DNA from: Cyanidioschyzon merolae
Taxonomy: Eukaryota
Assembly (NCBI GenBank): GCA_000091205.1
Contig: AP006499.2
Reading direction: 5' to 3' (one strand)
Length of the DNA stretch: 64,000 nucleotides
A program made the translations under genes and the position numbers. Below are positions 33,570 through 45,288 of this stretch, piece by piece. How positions within the stretch are numbered: the first letter of the stretch is position 1; every line of letters starts with the position of its first letter. Under the pieces are notes generated by a model that saw only the letters and a program-made list of their open reading frames with translations, was not told the origin of the DNA and did not search any database.

Positions 33570-35252
33570 GGCGATTTGAATCTGAGTGCCGATCCAGCGA
33601 TCGCGCCGTGCATCCAGTCCCAGTCGCTTGAGCTGGACATTTGAGGAGCGGGAACGATCCTACGCCCCGCGCGTGACGGAAGGTGTTTATGTCCGTAAAT
33701 ATTCCATATTGAACAGAAAGGTGCAAACATCACGCATCAGCGTCAGGGCCCTCGGAACAGGAATCAAGTCGCCAGGGCACGCCCAGCAGAAAGCGAGCCG
33801 TTCTCGAGCCGATGCCTCGAAGCTCTTGCGTCGAGCCTCGTGGGCGTATGTCGAAATCCGGGAGCTTTTGCGGATGCTAAGCGATGTTCGTGAGACGTCG
33901 GCGGTGCGCTCAGCACCCGCCGGAGCTTCGGATTCACGTAATATCTATTCTCGGCAAGAAGACTGGTCTGGGGTCCATAACGCGGGGAAGAAGCGGGGTA
34001 GCAACAATGATCTCTTCTCTGGTTGCCATATCCAAGCAGTCATGTGTTGGAGGTATCTGTTTAGGTTCGATGTTTCTGCACCGTGAAAAATTCGTTCTCA
34101 GTTATCGATTGCGCACGCAGGTCACTGGCAGGCGGGCAGGCGAGTTCATTATCACAATCGGTAGCTCCTGTGCCGCGCCGAGTTTGCCCGCGAAAAACAA
34201 ATATGGGGTCTTCAGTGCAACGCGGCCTTTTACAAGTCTATGCGTCCGCTTGCAAGGGTACTGCAGCTATTCGCTCCAGGCGAATGCGTGCACATCGATC
34301 CACCGGGCCGAGCGGTTATATCGCTCGCAGTCACGTACCTGCTGTCCGCGCTGCGGTTTCCCGGGCCTTCATGAACGGGTTCGCGTCTCGGGTGAATGAT
34401 TTGGCGGGATCGTGATTGCAATGCGACTTGGGTATGACGCAAATCGCTCACCAAAAGCTATCAGGAGAACGTGGACCCAAGGTCTCGCAGCCTTAGATCA
34501 GGTACATCGACAAGTCGGGCAAAGCGTGTTCAACGCTTCTGCTGCTCCTGGAACGCAGACAAACAGCTACAGCTACAGCGCAAAGATGCCCCGACGTGTG
34601 AATATTTCGGGCACTGCGCACAGTGCGGCGACTCCCGGCGTCCAAAACGCCTGCACGAACATGCTCATACTTCCACTCGACATGGGTAGCCAAAGCACCA
34701 GTTCCAATACTTCTCGGCCTTTGCGTGCAGCAACTCGATGAGACAAGTCCATTGCGAGCAGGTGCGATTCGACGCGATCCAGCGATAACCGTTCTGCCCA
34801 TCATAAAGCATCGTCCGGTAAAGCGCATCCATGCCGTTGTCCGAGGAGCGTGAGCAAGTTCCGCGCTCGCCTTGTTGCCTTTCGGCAGACCGCGTGCGGT
34901 GCTGACGTTTCAAGGCCAGCTCGTTTTGCGCCGCTACCTCCGTGCGACGTTGATCACATGGCGATCCTACTGACCCGCTTTCGCACTTTGTCAGTGCCGC
35001 ATGAAGGGACGCCCGTCATCAAGGATCGTCCTTATGCGCTTGAGTGCCTGTATCCGAGCATCTCACATGCCACTGGGTCGAGCGCGGGTCGTCGACGCAC
35101 CCGAACCTGGTCGCTTTCGCGTTACAGCCTCACGGATGCAGCGCTGGCAGCGCTTCATGTTCGCAAGAAGAGCGCATTAGCATATCTAGCAGAAAGCTGT
35201 CTACAACGCATGATGCTGTGGCTTCAAAAACATCATGCAACCCAGCAGGCAA

Positions 35253-36602
35253 CTAAAGAGAGCTGGATTCAAGTAGGCATTCTCCGCGATACACGAAGTT
35301 CGCTGGGCCAGTCATATACACGTGACGATTCTCTGGACTCCAGTATATTTCCAAATCACCACCGGGCAGATGGACAACGCAAGCATCCGCTGAGACTGGA
35401 TCACCGGATGCGCCCGCTCCTTGCGACGGAATACGACCAGATATCGTGGCAGCCACAACCGCTGCGCAAGCGCCAGTCCCGCAAGCCATCGTTCGCCCGG
35501 CGCCTCGTTCCCACACCGACATCCGTAGATCCCGCGGCCCGCAAACCTCAATAAACTCTGTATTCGTTCGGCGTGGGAAGCAGTGATGCGTCTCGAACAT
35601 TGGCCCAATTCTCTCCAGATTGGCATCGACCCACGCAAAGGTTTTCTGGTCGACAAAGATCACACAATGCGGATTCCCCATGGACACCGCCGTGCATCGC
35701 CAGACAAACTCGCTCGCACCGCAGCACTCTGGAGGTGGCAGCGGCAAGCGAGCAGCCGCAATGTCTTCCGCAGTGCTACCGTCCAGTGGGACCTCGACTG
35801 CAGCCTTGACGTCGGCGATGCGCCGCGACCCCGGCAGCGTGGTCGGAACGCACTGCGGGTCGAGGATCGGCGGCCCCATGTCAACACAGACTCGACCGTC
35901 GGAGAGCACCCGAGGCCGAATGTATCCTGCTCCGGTTTCGATGCTCAGGGCACCGTCACCAAAGGTGGAGGCCTCGTTCGGACCGGCGGCGGAGTCGTTG
36001 CACACATCAACCGCGTACTTGGCAACACAGCGGATACCGTTGCCACACATCTCCGGCTCGCTTCCGTCGGCGTTCACAATGCGCACCCTAAAGTCAGCAC
36101 CACTGCTTATTGCTGGGAGCAGAAGAATGACCCCATCCGCACCAATACCCCGGTGTCGGTCGCAGAGCCGCACGGCTTGCGCTGTATCCACCTCAGGCCA
36201 GGCGCACTTGCGTTGATCAACTAGGATGAAGTCGTTTCCTAGACCTTCATACTTCACGAACTGCAGCCAAGGGAAAGCCTTGGGGGATGTGGGCTTGCCA
36301 TCGCGCGCATCTCTCACCCCAGTGACCTGCATTGCAAAGCGTCGCGTTGTTGAGGAGACGGCGCACCGCGCAGCCCGGGTACCGGGCTGCTGCGACCCCA
36401 ACTCGACAGGTACTCGGATTTGGCGCCACCAAGTGGACCGCCCTGTGCAGGAGTGTCGCTCGCTCAACCTGTACTTCGAAGTGTTCGTGAGGCAACTGCT
36501 ACAAAACATTCGGGAGCTTGGCGTTGGGACGCTGCGTAGACGCGCTACTTCTACGAACGCGCTGCGGAATGTTTTTGTGCAACGGGCTGTGCTTGCGCAC
36601 AC
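35253..36602 (-). CDS. dapF: Diaminopimelate epimerase (lysine biosynthesis via the DAP pathway) with a ~90-100 aa N-terminal presequence, probably a plastid transit peptide
   Basis: LQFVKYEGLGNDFILVDQ (the DapF N-terminal GNDF motif), the first catalytic Cys in CGNGIRCVAKY, the second in ACGTGACAAV, and HLPGGDLEIYW near the C-terminus. The start could be any of the Mets at 36602, 36509 or 36332. Confidence 0.85.
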   Translation of the reverse strand: MCASTARCTKTFRSAFVEVARLRSVPTPSSRMFCSSCLTNTSKYRLSERHSCTGRSTWWRQIRVPVELGSQQPGTRAARCAVSSTTRRFAMQVTGVRDARDGKPTSPKAFPWLQFVKYEGLGNDFILVDQRKCAWPEVDTAQAVRLCDRHRGIGADGVILLLPAISSGADFRVRIVNADGSEPEMCGNGIRCVAKYAVDVCNDSAAGPNEASTFGDGALSIETGAGYIRPRVLSDGRVCVDMGPPILDPQCVPTTLPGSRRIADVKAAVEVPLDGSTAEDIAAARLPLPPPECCGASEFVWRCTAVSMGNPHCVIFVDQKTFAWVDANLERIGPMFETHHCFPRRTNTEFIEVCGPRDLRMSVWERGAGRTMACGTGACAAVVAATISGRIPSQGAGASGDPVSADACVVHLPGGDLEIYWSPENRHVYMTGPANFVYRGECLLESSSL

Positions 36603-39600
36603 GCCATAGTCCGCTATGTCTCATAATGACGCGACGTCGCGCACGACGTGCCCGCGCTGCGTCTGCGTTCGCTTCAAAAAAGGAGAAACTGACCTGCTCG
36701 CCATGTTCTCGCATTTGGATGTTTTTCCAAACAGTTTTAGATGTATATCCTTGACTTTTTTAGTGCATCGATGAGGGATGAAGCATTCATGTGTATTTTA
36801 AGGATTCTCCGATTTCTCGTTGGCGTGGCTCCTTCGATATGGTGCGACTGGAATTCTCTGCCTCAGCGGAATCCAGTCATGAGTACTCGCGGAGCCTTTG
36901 TACCAGAGTTCGTAAATGACTGATAACATTCTCCGATCGACATGTGCAAGCGACGCGTAGATCCTAACTTTCCACTGCGCATGAGATGCGTGAATAACTG
37001 CCGGAAGCGGCGCAATAGGGAGTTAATCGATGTCGTCAACATTTGTCGACTGCTGACAACGAAGCTGAAGAGTAAGGAGTGACCGGCGTGTTTAAAGTCG
37101 GCGATAAGGCGAAGAATATTGATGCATTTTGCAGAAAAACCTCCCAAAGGCAAGTCCTGATGATACTTGAAAATGACCTAAACTTTCGTGATGACGCTCG
37201 GGTTAGCAAAGAGGATTCGTTGCATTCTATTCTGACATGCGTGCAGTCGTGTGTATTCTCTAGAAGCGCTTGCAGTTTGAATTTTGTTTAGTGAGCAGTT
37301 TGTGCATGAGATTCACTCGGATACTTATCGATAACCATGGCCAGCGCTCTTCTCTGATCCGTACAATAGCGCAGATCGAAGGAAGAGAGCAAGTTGGAGC
37401 GCTTCCAGATACAACAAGCCCTGAATACTATTTTATGGAGTTCTCTTTACTGCTCGTATTTTGGCACGCTGGAAACCGCTCATGTGCATGAAATACAGTG
37501 CTCATGCCTCCATAGATGCTGGCTCGCGCGCCGCACTGATTACTCGTGTCCGTGTGGACATGCCCTGAAGCACGACATCGTGCAGCAGTGTTTCGTTCGA
37601 TCTCTGCTTTGCAGCGGAGGGAGAATACAGCTGCCGAAGAGCTTCCGCGGCGCTTGAGTGGTTTGCCCTCAGTTCGCGGGGGAACGGAAAGCACACGTTG
37701 CTTTCATGCGTCAGTGCTGTGCTTTGAACGTCTGCGACAGAGGCCTCTTTCGTACGCCATGTTCTGTCATATGCGAACGAGTTACGTCTCGCATCTGGAG
37801 AACGAGATTTTGCTCGGATGCCGAAAGGAGTTCACCTCAGTGGAATCGTCAGGCCAGATAGACTTCTTCCTCCGGGACGCCTACATAGACGGAAAACGCA
37901 CTGGGAAGCTACATGCATGCGATTGTGGAGCTTCGTATGTAGTGTGTACGCAACCGTCACAATGTTCGGGTTTTTCAAAAATGCTGCTTCCGGCCCAGGT
38001 CAGGGTCCCTCCAGTCCGGATACGTGGTACACTCAGTTTGCATTCGCGGCACGTAATCAAGAAGCGTTCGCTATGGTTCGGAAGCAGTCGAGCTTCACAG
38101 CAAAGAAATCTTGCTATTACTTGGTTTTATGGGCAACTTCGTGCCTATATAGTTCCTGAGGAGCAATAAGACAGGGCTTGAAACGAGCATCTCGGTCGGA
38201 GTTTAGCAGCAAGTTCGAGCTACTGGCACGCTCTGGTCTCGGCGCATGATCGCTAGCCCCCTACACAGCGCATTGCTGCATAAAAGCGCTAACTTGTGGA
38301 GCTCTCAATGCTCTCCTTCGGTCACGAGCCGATCTCAAGTCGAGTTTCCGACGACGTATGCCGCCTCGGCACATACCCTTGTATTCCAGATACAGACATG
38401 AGGACCATATCCAGCATGGATCGCCATAGCGCATCAGGCGAGTTGCCGGACCTGTAACATCCTACGAACAGGCATGCGATCCTGTCGGAAGCTTGCGTTG
38501 CTCTCATCGGCGAAAGTCACGTTTTCGGATCTCGGAACCGTTCGAATGATGACAGGTTTCGGCCCCGTGTTTCTAGGGATTCAGATGCCTCTGCCCAGGT
38601 CGTTTCGGCGAGCTTCACAGCTAAATACGTCCAAGCGGGTGCTCGCGAAATGTTCTTAACTGTTCACGATCGACAACCAAGTTAGAGAAAGCAGGAACGC
38701 AGCCCGTGCGTGCGTCGTCGAGTGGACTAGAGAAAGAACCTGACTTCCGTCCGTCTTTTCTGTATGGTGGGCATTCCGCCTCGATCTGAACCGCGGGAAT
38801 AACAGTGATGCGCGCTGACGGCTTGACGTTGGAAAGCGAGCCGGTGACATTGAAGTGCCCGACCAGTCAGCCAGAACCGGCGTCATTGTGATTCCATGAA
38901 GAGCTCCACGGCCGAGGGCAGCCTCAAGAGCTGCGGTCATCACACTGACACGCTACACTGCTAAGGAGCTGTTCGAAGGAAGTGATGACATGTTGGCGCT
39001 CCAACGAGACAACTGGACAGGGCTCGGGTGTATTGTCGATGATGGTGCACCGATCCGTTGGCCGCGACACACGACACGCGGCAAGGGAGTCTGTCGATAC
39101 GCCCTCACGGTTTGAGTTCACCATGTGTGCGCTTTTGTGTAGTCAGATGAGTATACGGCTTCATTCCTGTCGCAGACTAGAAGTATGAGCGAAACGAACC
39201 CGATCAGTTTCTTTCATAGAAGATCTGATCTCAGTGATTCTTTCACGCCTTCACTTTTTCCGCCCGCATACCATTTTCGCTCGCTAGAACTGCGTGCCGT
39301 GCAGGAGCCTACGCATCGCTCACGCACCGCGGCATTTTACCCGAGAACTTGTCCATCAGTGAAGAGAAAAACTTTCTGTTTTTCCTGTGGACCTCCCTTC
39401 CTCATATGAGCGTTGTCGCCAACGCGGAATCGGCACCAGTGCTTCCAAAGACGAACCGTGTCCTCTGCGCCGTGCTCTCCACAGTAGACACGCTCGCTCC
39501 AGTTCAAGTACTGATGGATCCGCGCATCCACGTGGCAGGCTCACACAATACGTGCACTGAGTACGTGTCTGCACGAGAGACGTGCCTGTCCAGCGCTCTC

Positions 39601-39941
39601 TTGATGCACCGGTGTTCCAGCAACCGCCAGAAGTAACCCCCTCTACGCGGAAAAAGTTGCTCGGTTGCGAGGCGTATAAAAATGCTTTTTGGCTTCTTCG
39701 TTATTGTGAGCCCCGTGTCATCGATCCCAAAGTATCAGTTTGCGACTTGCTGCGAAAAGAAAACGTCTGGTACGCAGTCGAAGTCCCACTGCAGAACGTC
39801 GTCGCAGTACTTGCTCCGGTGGCGGCGTCTCGCCGTCGATAACGTATCGTTGCGGCCGCATGTTGGCAAAGCGATGCTCTCGGCAGCCCAGCGAGGCAAA
39901 CTCACCTGCTTCTTGCTTCAACAACAGCAACCTCATGGATA

Positions 39942-41495
39942 ATGTTTTGCCAGTCTATGGGGATACGCTGTGGTTTTCTCCTATTGTCGTTGACCTCCCA
40001 GGTGGTCAAAGGGGCCCCTCGTTGGTTGTGTAGGAAGAAGCGAAGTCACGTAGCCGCCACTGGCGTTTGTGCAGCAGTATTCCAACGGTCGGGGGTCTGG
40101 CGCAGCCCCAGGATGCTACACTCCGAAACTTCTGGTGCTGCGTCTGATGATCGCAAATCAGCGCTGTTGCAAAAACCAGGCTCGGCAAGCAAGCTTCTGG
40201 AAGCTTGCCTCTCTGCGGACGGCTGTCTGGAAACTAGTCTTGGCCCGGAAACTTTCTCTGAGGTGCTGGAAACACTGTGCCGGCAGAACGCAACGAAGCA
40301 CGCACGCACCCTGATAAACGCACTTTGTAAGGGGCAGAGCCATTCGACGGTATTCGCAGCCGATGAACATATCATGCGGGTGCTGCCAACTTATGTAGAC
40401 CTAGTGCGACGCGAGCGTGATCTCGAGGCGCTGAACGTTATTCGAGAAGCCCTTGAACAAGGCAAGTTTGGTCACGCTCTGCAGAAAGTGACGCTGGTTG
40501 AGCAAGTGTATCTCTCGAGTGTTCAGCTCGCTATAGAACGTGAGCAGCTAGAGGAGGCTGTTGCGACGATGAAAGCGCTCCGTCGCTTTGCTCGACGGCC
40601 GTCGACGCCGTGTCCGCCACCCGGCGAATCCTCCGACGGAAGTGAATCACTGACATCAAACTTCGACGCAGTGGCTCAGCAGTTCGAGTCCGAACGAACC
40701 GAACGCTTTTGTAAGACGATGCGCATGTTTAGCAAGGCCCGAGACTTTCGCGGCCTCTTCCTCACCATGGATGCTGTACAGCTTTGCGGTTTGAGCTTGA
40801 GCGCCGCGGTTCTGGATTGCCTTGCCCAGTGTGCCGTCCGTGAAGTGAGTTTTGTTACCGGTGCTGTATCCATGGACACAATGCCGGATGGGCGCTTCCC
40901 CGAAGCAGCGTTTTTCGGACGCTCCAATGTGGGAAAGAGCTCCCTGGTGAACATGGTGATTGGTCGCAAAGCGCTTGCGAAAACGAGCAAGACTCCCGGT
41001 AAGACCAAGCAATACAACTTCTATCTTGTCAATGAGGGCGACCCAACGAACGCTTTTTACCTCGTAGACTTACCTGGTGCAGGCTATGCCAAAGTCTCAA
41101 AGGGACAACGGTTGGAGTGGGAGCGAATGTTTGGGAGTTATGTACGGGAGCGCAAGAAATTGCGAGTACTCTTTCATCTAATCGATAGTCAGACGGGTCC
41201 GCTAGAAGAAGATGCACGTCTGATGTCCTCGCTCGCGGGGACATTGCCTGTGAATGAGGGTCGCGGGAAAACTCAGGGGAATCGCGCGCTGCACTATGTT
41301 GTAGTTCTGACCAAGATCGACAAACAAGACGGTTCGGTACCGCCTTCTGTCTTCGATCGGTTGGAGCAGGTCTTAGAGAGCACCGGTCTGTTGAGTTCGC
41401 GCGAAATTCCGGTTTTGACTACTTCAGCACAAACAAAAGCCGGCCGCGAAGCTGTCTGGCAGTATCTACGTCTGCTCCATAAACACTGGCGCTAG
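39942..41495 (+). CDS. EngB/YihA/YsxC-family ribosome-biogenesis GTPase with a ~300 aa N-terminal extension (likely organelle-targeted)
   Basis: The C-terminal 200 aa read FFGRSNVGKSSLVNMVIG (G1), LAKTSKTPGKTKQYNFY (G2), LVDLPGAGYAKV (G3) and VVVLTKIDK (G4), which is the EngB order and wording. Confidence 0.8.
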   Translation: MFCQSMGIRCGFLLLSLTSQVVKGAPRWLCRKKRSHVAATGVCAAVFQRSGVWRSPRMLHSETSGAASDDRKSALLQKPGSASKLLEACLSADGCLETSLGPETFSEVLETLCRQNATKHARTLINALCKGQSHSTVFAADEHIMRVLPTYVDLVRRERDLEALNVIREALEQGKFGHALQKVTLVEQVYLSSVQLAIEREQLEEAVATMKALRRFARRPSTPCPPPGESSDGSESLTSNFDAVAQQFESERTERFCKTMRMFSKARDFRGLFLTMDAVQLCGLSLSAAVLDCLAQCAVREVSFVTGAVSMDTMPDGRFPEAAFFGRSNVGKSSLVNMVIGRKALAKTSKTPGKTKQYNFYLVNEGDPTNAFYLVDLPGAGYAKVSKGQRLEWERMFGSYVRERKKLRVLFHLIDSQTGPLEEDARLMSSLAGTLPVNEGRGKTQGNRALHYVVVLTKIDKQDGSVPPSVFDRLEQVLESTGLLSSREIPVLTTSAQTKAGREAVWQYLRLLHKHWR

Positions 41496-41616
41496 GGCAC
41501 AGGCGATGCAGTCGAACTATGCCACGGACTCGTTCCGCCGGACGTGGCGCGAGGCGCTCAGTCGCCTTTCGCACGGCTGGATTCATTGACATTCGGGGAC
41601 GCACTGAACAACTAAA

Positions 41617-42200
41617 GACTAAATGGCCGTAGGATCGCTTTTTATTAGGACCCGTACAGAGCCCAAGGGACGCATTCGCCTGATCGCCGGTGGAAATACA
41701 GACTGAATGGTCGTAGGATCGCTTTTTATTAGGACCCGTACAGAGCCCAAGGGACGCATTCGCCTGATCGCCAGTGGAAATACAGACTGAATGGTCGTAG
41801 GATCGCTTTTTATTAGGACCCGTACAGAGCCCAAGGGACGCATTCGCCTGATCGCCAGTGGAAATGCAGACTGAATGGCCGTAGAATCGCTTTTTATTAG
41901 GACCCGTACAGAGCCCAAGGGACGCATTCGCCTGATCGCCAGTGGAAATACAGACTGAATGGCCGTAGAATCGCTTTTTATTAGGACCCGTACAGAGCCC
42001 AAGGGACGCATTCGCCTGATCGCCAGTGGAAATACAGACTGAATGGTCGTAGGATCGCTTTTTATTAGGACCCGTACAGAGCCCAAGGGACGCATTCGCC
42101 TGATCGCCAGTGGAAATACAGACTGAATGGTCGTAGGATCGCTTTTTATTAGGACCCGTACAGAGCCCAAGGGACGCATTCGCCTGATCGCCAGTGGAAA
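41617..42200. repeat. Tandem minisatellite, 84-bp unit x ~7
   Basis: The unit gactgaatggtcgtaggatcgctttttattaggacccgtacagagcccaagggacgcattcgcctgatcgccagtggaaataca recurs at 41701, 41785, 41869, 41953, 42037 and 42121. Because 84 is 28 codons, minus-strand ORFs run through it with STGDQANASLGLCTGPNKKRSYDHSVCI repeats. Confidence 0.9.
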
Positions 42201-43053
42201 GCAACTTGTATCGCCGCGTTGTTCGAGCCCCGAATGCAGGCTCGATACTCGTTTCCCTGACGACTGCAGAGGATTTGTGCGTGCAAGATGCGCACGTGCC
42301 GTGCATCCGAAACATGGACGCATCTGGTAAGCGTGCCTCTGTCAAAGCACATGAAAAGCTCGGCGATGACTGCGTGATCAGGTATGTATCAGATACGGGA
42401 TACGTCTGCGTTTCCTGCTGCTTCCACGACAAATGCTCGTATGTGCGACAGACGTACGGCCTACCGGATGGAGGGAAGCGCTTGTGCGAGCCTTTCCCCG
42501 TTGGTAAAGTTAGATACATCACGCTGGATCGCGGGTCATCGAAGAATACCATCCAATGCATACGTATGCTTGTCGAGTTGCAACAGATCTGATTTGGAGA
42601 TCCATCCATGCACGCGATGATCCTCACACATGTGCGTGCGTCGATTCTTTGATCCATCCATGCACGCATCTCTCCATCGATCAAACCATGCGTGCACTCA
42701 TTGTCACAAGCATGCACGCATCGCTCCATCGATTTCTCTATTCACGAATGAACGCCTCATCAAGAATTTCTTATAGTGCACGATCAGTGTAGAAATCCGA
42801 TTTACAGGGCGTGTAGTTGCTTCCACCACCCATTGAAAAGGCTTTCTTCTTCTACATCTGTATCTCCGTTTACCTAGCCAGAGACCAGTTTCCCAGTGGC
42901 GCGCTGTGAGGGCGCCATATGCGAGCGTCGTATAGCGCACGCCAGAATGCCAGCAGGCATACCGGCTGGTGCTCGGCGACGCCCCGCCGATGAATCCGCG
43001 GCTGCGTGCACGATCGCCATCCGATCCCCACATGACGTCGATCGACGCGATGG

Positions 43054-44622
43054 TTGCAAGAAGCGGCTTGTGAACGCGTACTCGTTTCGTATAAGAACGC
43101 TGCTTTGATGACACCAGCTCATAGTGACAGGCCCTGTGCAGCGTTTGCGTTTGGCTACGGTGTCTTTGTTCCTTTGAACTTCGCGAGTGTTCGGGGCAGC
43201 TGGCGCGGGCGGACTTGCACATCCGCCCGCCGATGGTTCCCTGGAACCGCAGGCTTTGTTCGCCGGACACCTCTGCGGCCGGAGCGTTCAGCACCGAGTC
43301 ACCTACGTACAGATTCGTACCAGCCTTGGCTCTGGGCATGCAATGCGAATGAAGATGCAGAAGCTCCTTCTTCGGGATCCGTGCGAGATGACGTGGCGGA
43401 AACGCAACTTCGGGAGCAGGTGTTGGTTATGGCGGCGACGCCCGGCGTCGCTGATACGCGGAAACCTGCTCGAGGGCTGCGTTCGCGAAGAAGAAAGCGA
43501 CGCACGGAAGCGGGGTCTTTCAAAACGACTGACAGAGTCATCGTTGGCGGAGCACTGGCGCTTGGTTTCGCCTTCATCCTCTCGATGGGTGTTGCTGTCA
43601 GCCGACCGCGGTGGATGGCGACGCTTCCGCAGCCAGTCGTCCAGGAGGCTCAACTTGCGCGCCCGTCGCAGGGACCTGCACCCAGCAGTTGGGCGCGCAC
43701 TGCCAGCATCCTCGCGCTGAGTACACTTATTGGAATGATCGTGCCGCTTCTCTTTCTGTTATCGATCCAGAACCGGCTGATTTACAAACCAAGCCGCAGA
43801 ATTCGAGGCAAGCCCGATCAATACGGTATGGTGCATTACGAGGACGTGTATTTCTGTACAGCCGATGGCCACGAAATACATGGCTGGTTCATCAAATGCG
43901 CACCAGCCAAATACCGAGAGCGCCCGACGTTCATCTATTTCCATGGTACCGATCTAAATATGAGTTATCGGCTGCCGAAGGTGTTCCATATTCATAGCAA
44001 ACTGGACTGTAATGTGTTTCTGTGGTCTTATCGGGGATACGGAATGAGCGAGGGCTTTCCCAGTGAGCGCGGTTTGCAGCGAGACGCCGCGGCAATGATT
44101 CAGTACCTGAGTACTCGCAGCGACATTGATCAGTCGCAGTTGTGGGTATTTGGCGAATCCCTCGGCGGGGCGGTTGCCCTTGATTTCGTTTACCGACACT
44201 CGGACAAAATTCGAGCATTGATCTTGGAGAATACCTTCACTGCGCTGATCGATATGATCGATCTCGTGCATCCGTATTTGCGCCTATTCAAGTGGCTCGT
44301 GACGCAGAACAAATGGCTATCACGCGAGAAAATCAAGCACATTGAGGTGCCTGTGCTTCTACTTAGTGGTCTTCGCGATGGATTCATTCCCCCAAGAATG
44401 ATGCAGCAGCTCTACGACGCCGCGAGCAGATCGCGGCTTCGGCGCCTCGTTCGTTTCGAAGAGGGCACCCACAACAGGACCTGGATGATGCCAGGGTATA
44501 TTGACGCGATCCGACGATTCATCGCGGATGTCGATGCCATCGTTCCGGAAAGCGCTGCTACGGAGCGAGCGGGCTCTGTTCTAGTAGAGGGCGAGGCCGA
44601 CTGTCCCGCGGAGACGCCGTGA
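43054..44622 (+). CDS. Alpha/beta-hydrolase of the BEM46/ABHD13 family (serine hydrolase, N-terminal TM anchor)
   Basis: A TM helix (IVGGALALGFAFILSMGVAV), then RPTFIYFHGTDLN, WSYRGYGMSEG, the nucleophile elbow GESLGG, ENTFTAL, SGLRDGFIPP and FEEGTHNRTW are collinear with ABHD13. The true start is probably an internal Met, for example at 43429. Confidence 0.8.
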   Translation: MQEAACERVLVSYKNAALMTPAHSDRPCAAFAFGYGVFVPLNFASVRGSWRGRTCTSARRWFPGTAGFVRRTPLRPERSAPSHLRTDSYQPWLWACNANEDAEAPSSGSVRDDVAETQLREQVLVMAATPGVADTRKPARGLRSRRRKRRTEAGSFKTTDRVIVGGALALGFAFILSMGVAVSRPRWMATLPQPVVQEAQLARPSQGPAPSSWARTASILALSTLIGMIVPLLFLLSIQNRLIYKPSRRIRGKPDQYGMVHYEDVYFCTADGHEIHGWFIKCAPAKYRERPTFIYFHGTDLNMSYRLPKVFHIHSKLDCNVFLWSYRGYGMSEGFPSERGLQRDAAAMIQYLSTRSDIDQSQLWVFGESLGGAVALDFVYRHSDKIRALILENTFTALIDMIDLVHPYLRLFKWLVTQNKWLSREKIKHIEVPVLLLSGLRDGFIPPRMMQQLYDAASRSRLRRLVRFEEGTHNRTWMMPGYIDAIRRFIADVDAIVPESAATERAGSVLVEGEADCPAETP

Positions 44623-45288
44623 CCCGGAACACGTTTCTTCTTCGGTCTAAGGATCTGGGACTTTTTCAGACTCTGGGGCGTCTTTATGTATGCTGTTGCC
44701 TCGCACGCGTCCTGTGCTCTACAGACAAAATATGTCCCGCTTTCGGGTGCATGCCAAGGCGCAGTCTACTTGTGCAAGAGTGCGAACGAGGAGAGCCATT
44801 GTGCTTCGAGGCAGGCGAATGCTGTATGCTGCGGTTTCAGCATGGACTGGGTAATGCGGTGCATACTTCCATGCAGTGAGCAGACGTGCCCTCACTAGGT
44901 CCCGAAATGGATTGCAGTGAATCAACGGGGCGTCGAATATTTTTTCGGGGTACTAGGATGCTCGCCTGGTATAGAGTGTCCTGCACAAGCGCTGCGCATA
45001 CCGGTACATTCACGTAGCGCACATGTCGCTTCACGAGGCAAACTCTCTGGATCGCGGGGAAACGCACTGCAGCCAAGTATTTCGCCGGTCATTGGCGGCG
45101 TTCTCGAACTCGCATTCAGTCGCTGGTTGTCGATTGCGTAAAATGCATGCCAGGCAAAGGAAGAGTAATGCGTGGACGGGACATGCTCATCCCAAAAGTG
45201 ACCCTTTGCCGACACTGCTTCAACCCGTTAAAGCACAATTGCTGACCAGGAACGCTCGCTCCACCACAATCCCAGGCTCAGTGAAAGA

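Noticed and set aside
34850-35554. 234-aa plus-strand ORF overlapping the 3' end of DapF
   Set aside because: No motifs, and it overlaps a well-supported gene on the other strand. Likely spurious.
41419-42729. 436-aa and 234-aa minus-strand ORFs with 28-aa repeats
   Set aside because: They are the translation of the 84-bp minisatellite plus catgcacgc-type low-complexity DNA, and they overlap the EngB 3' end antisense. No recognisable fold, so I treat them as non-coding.
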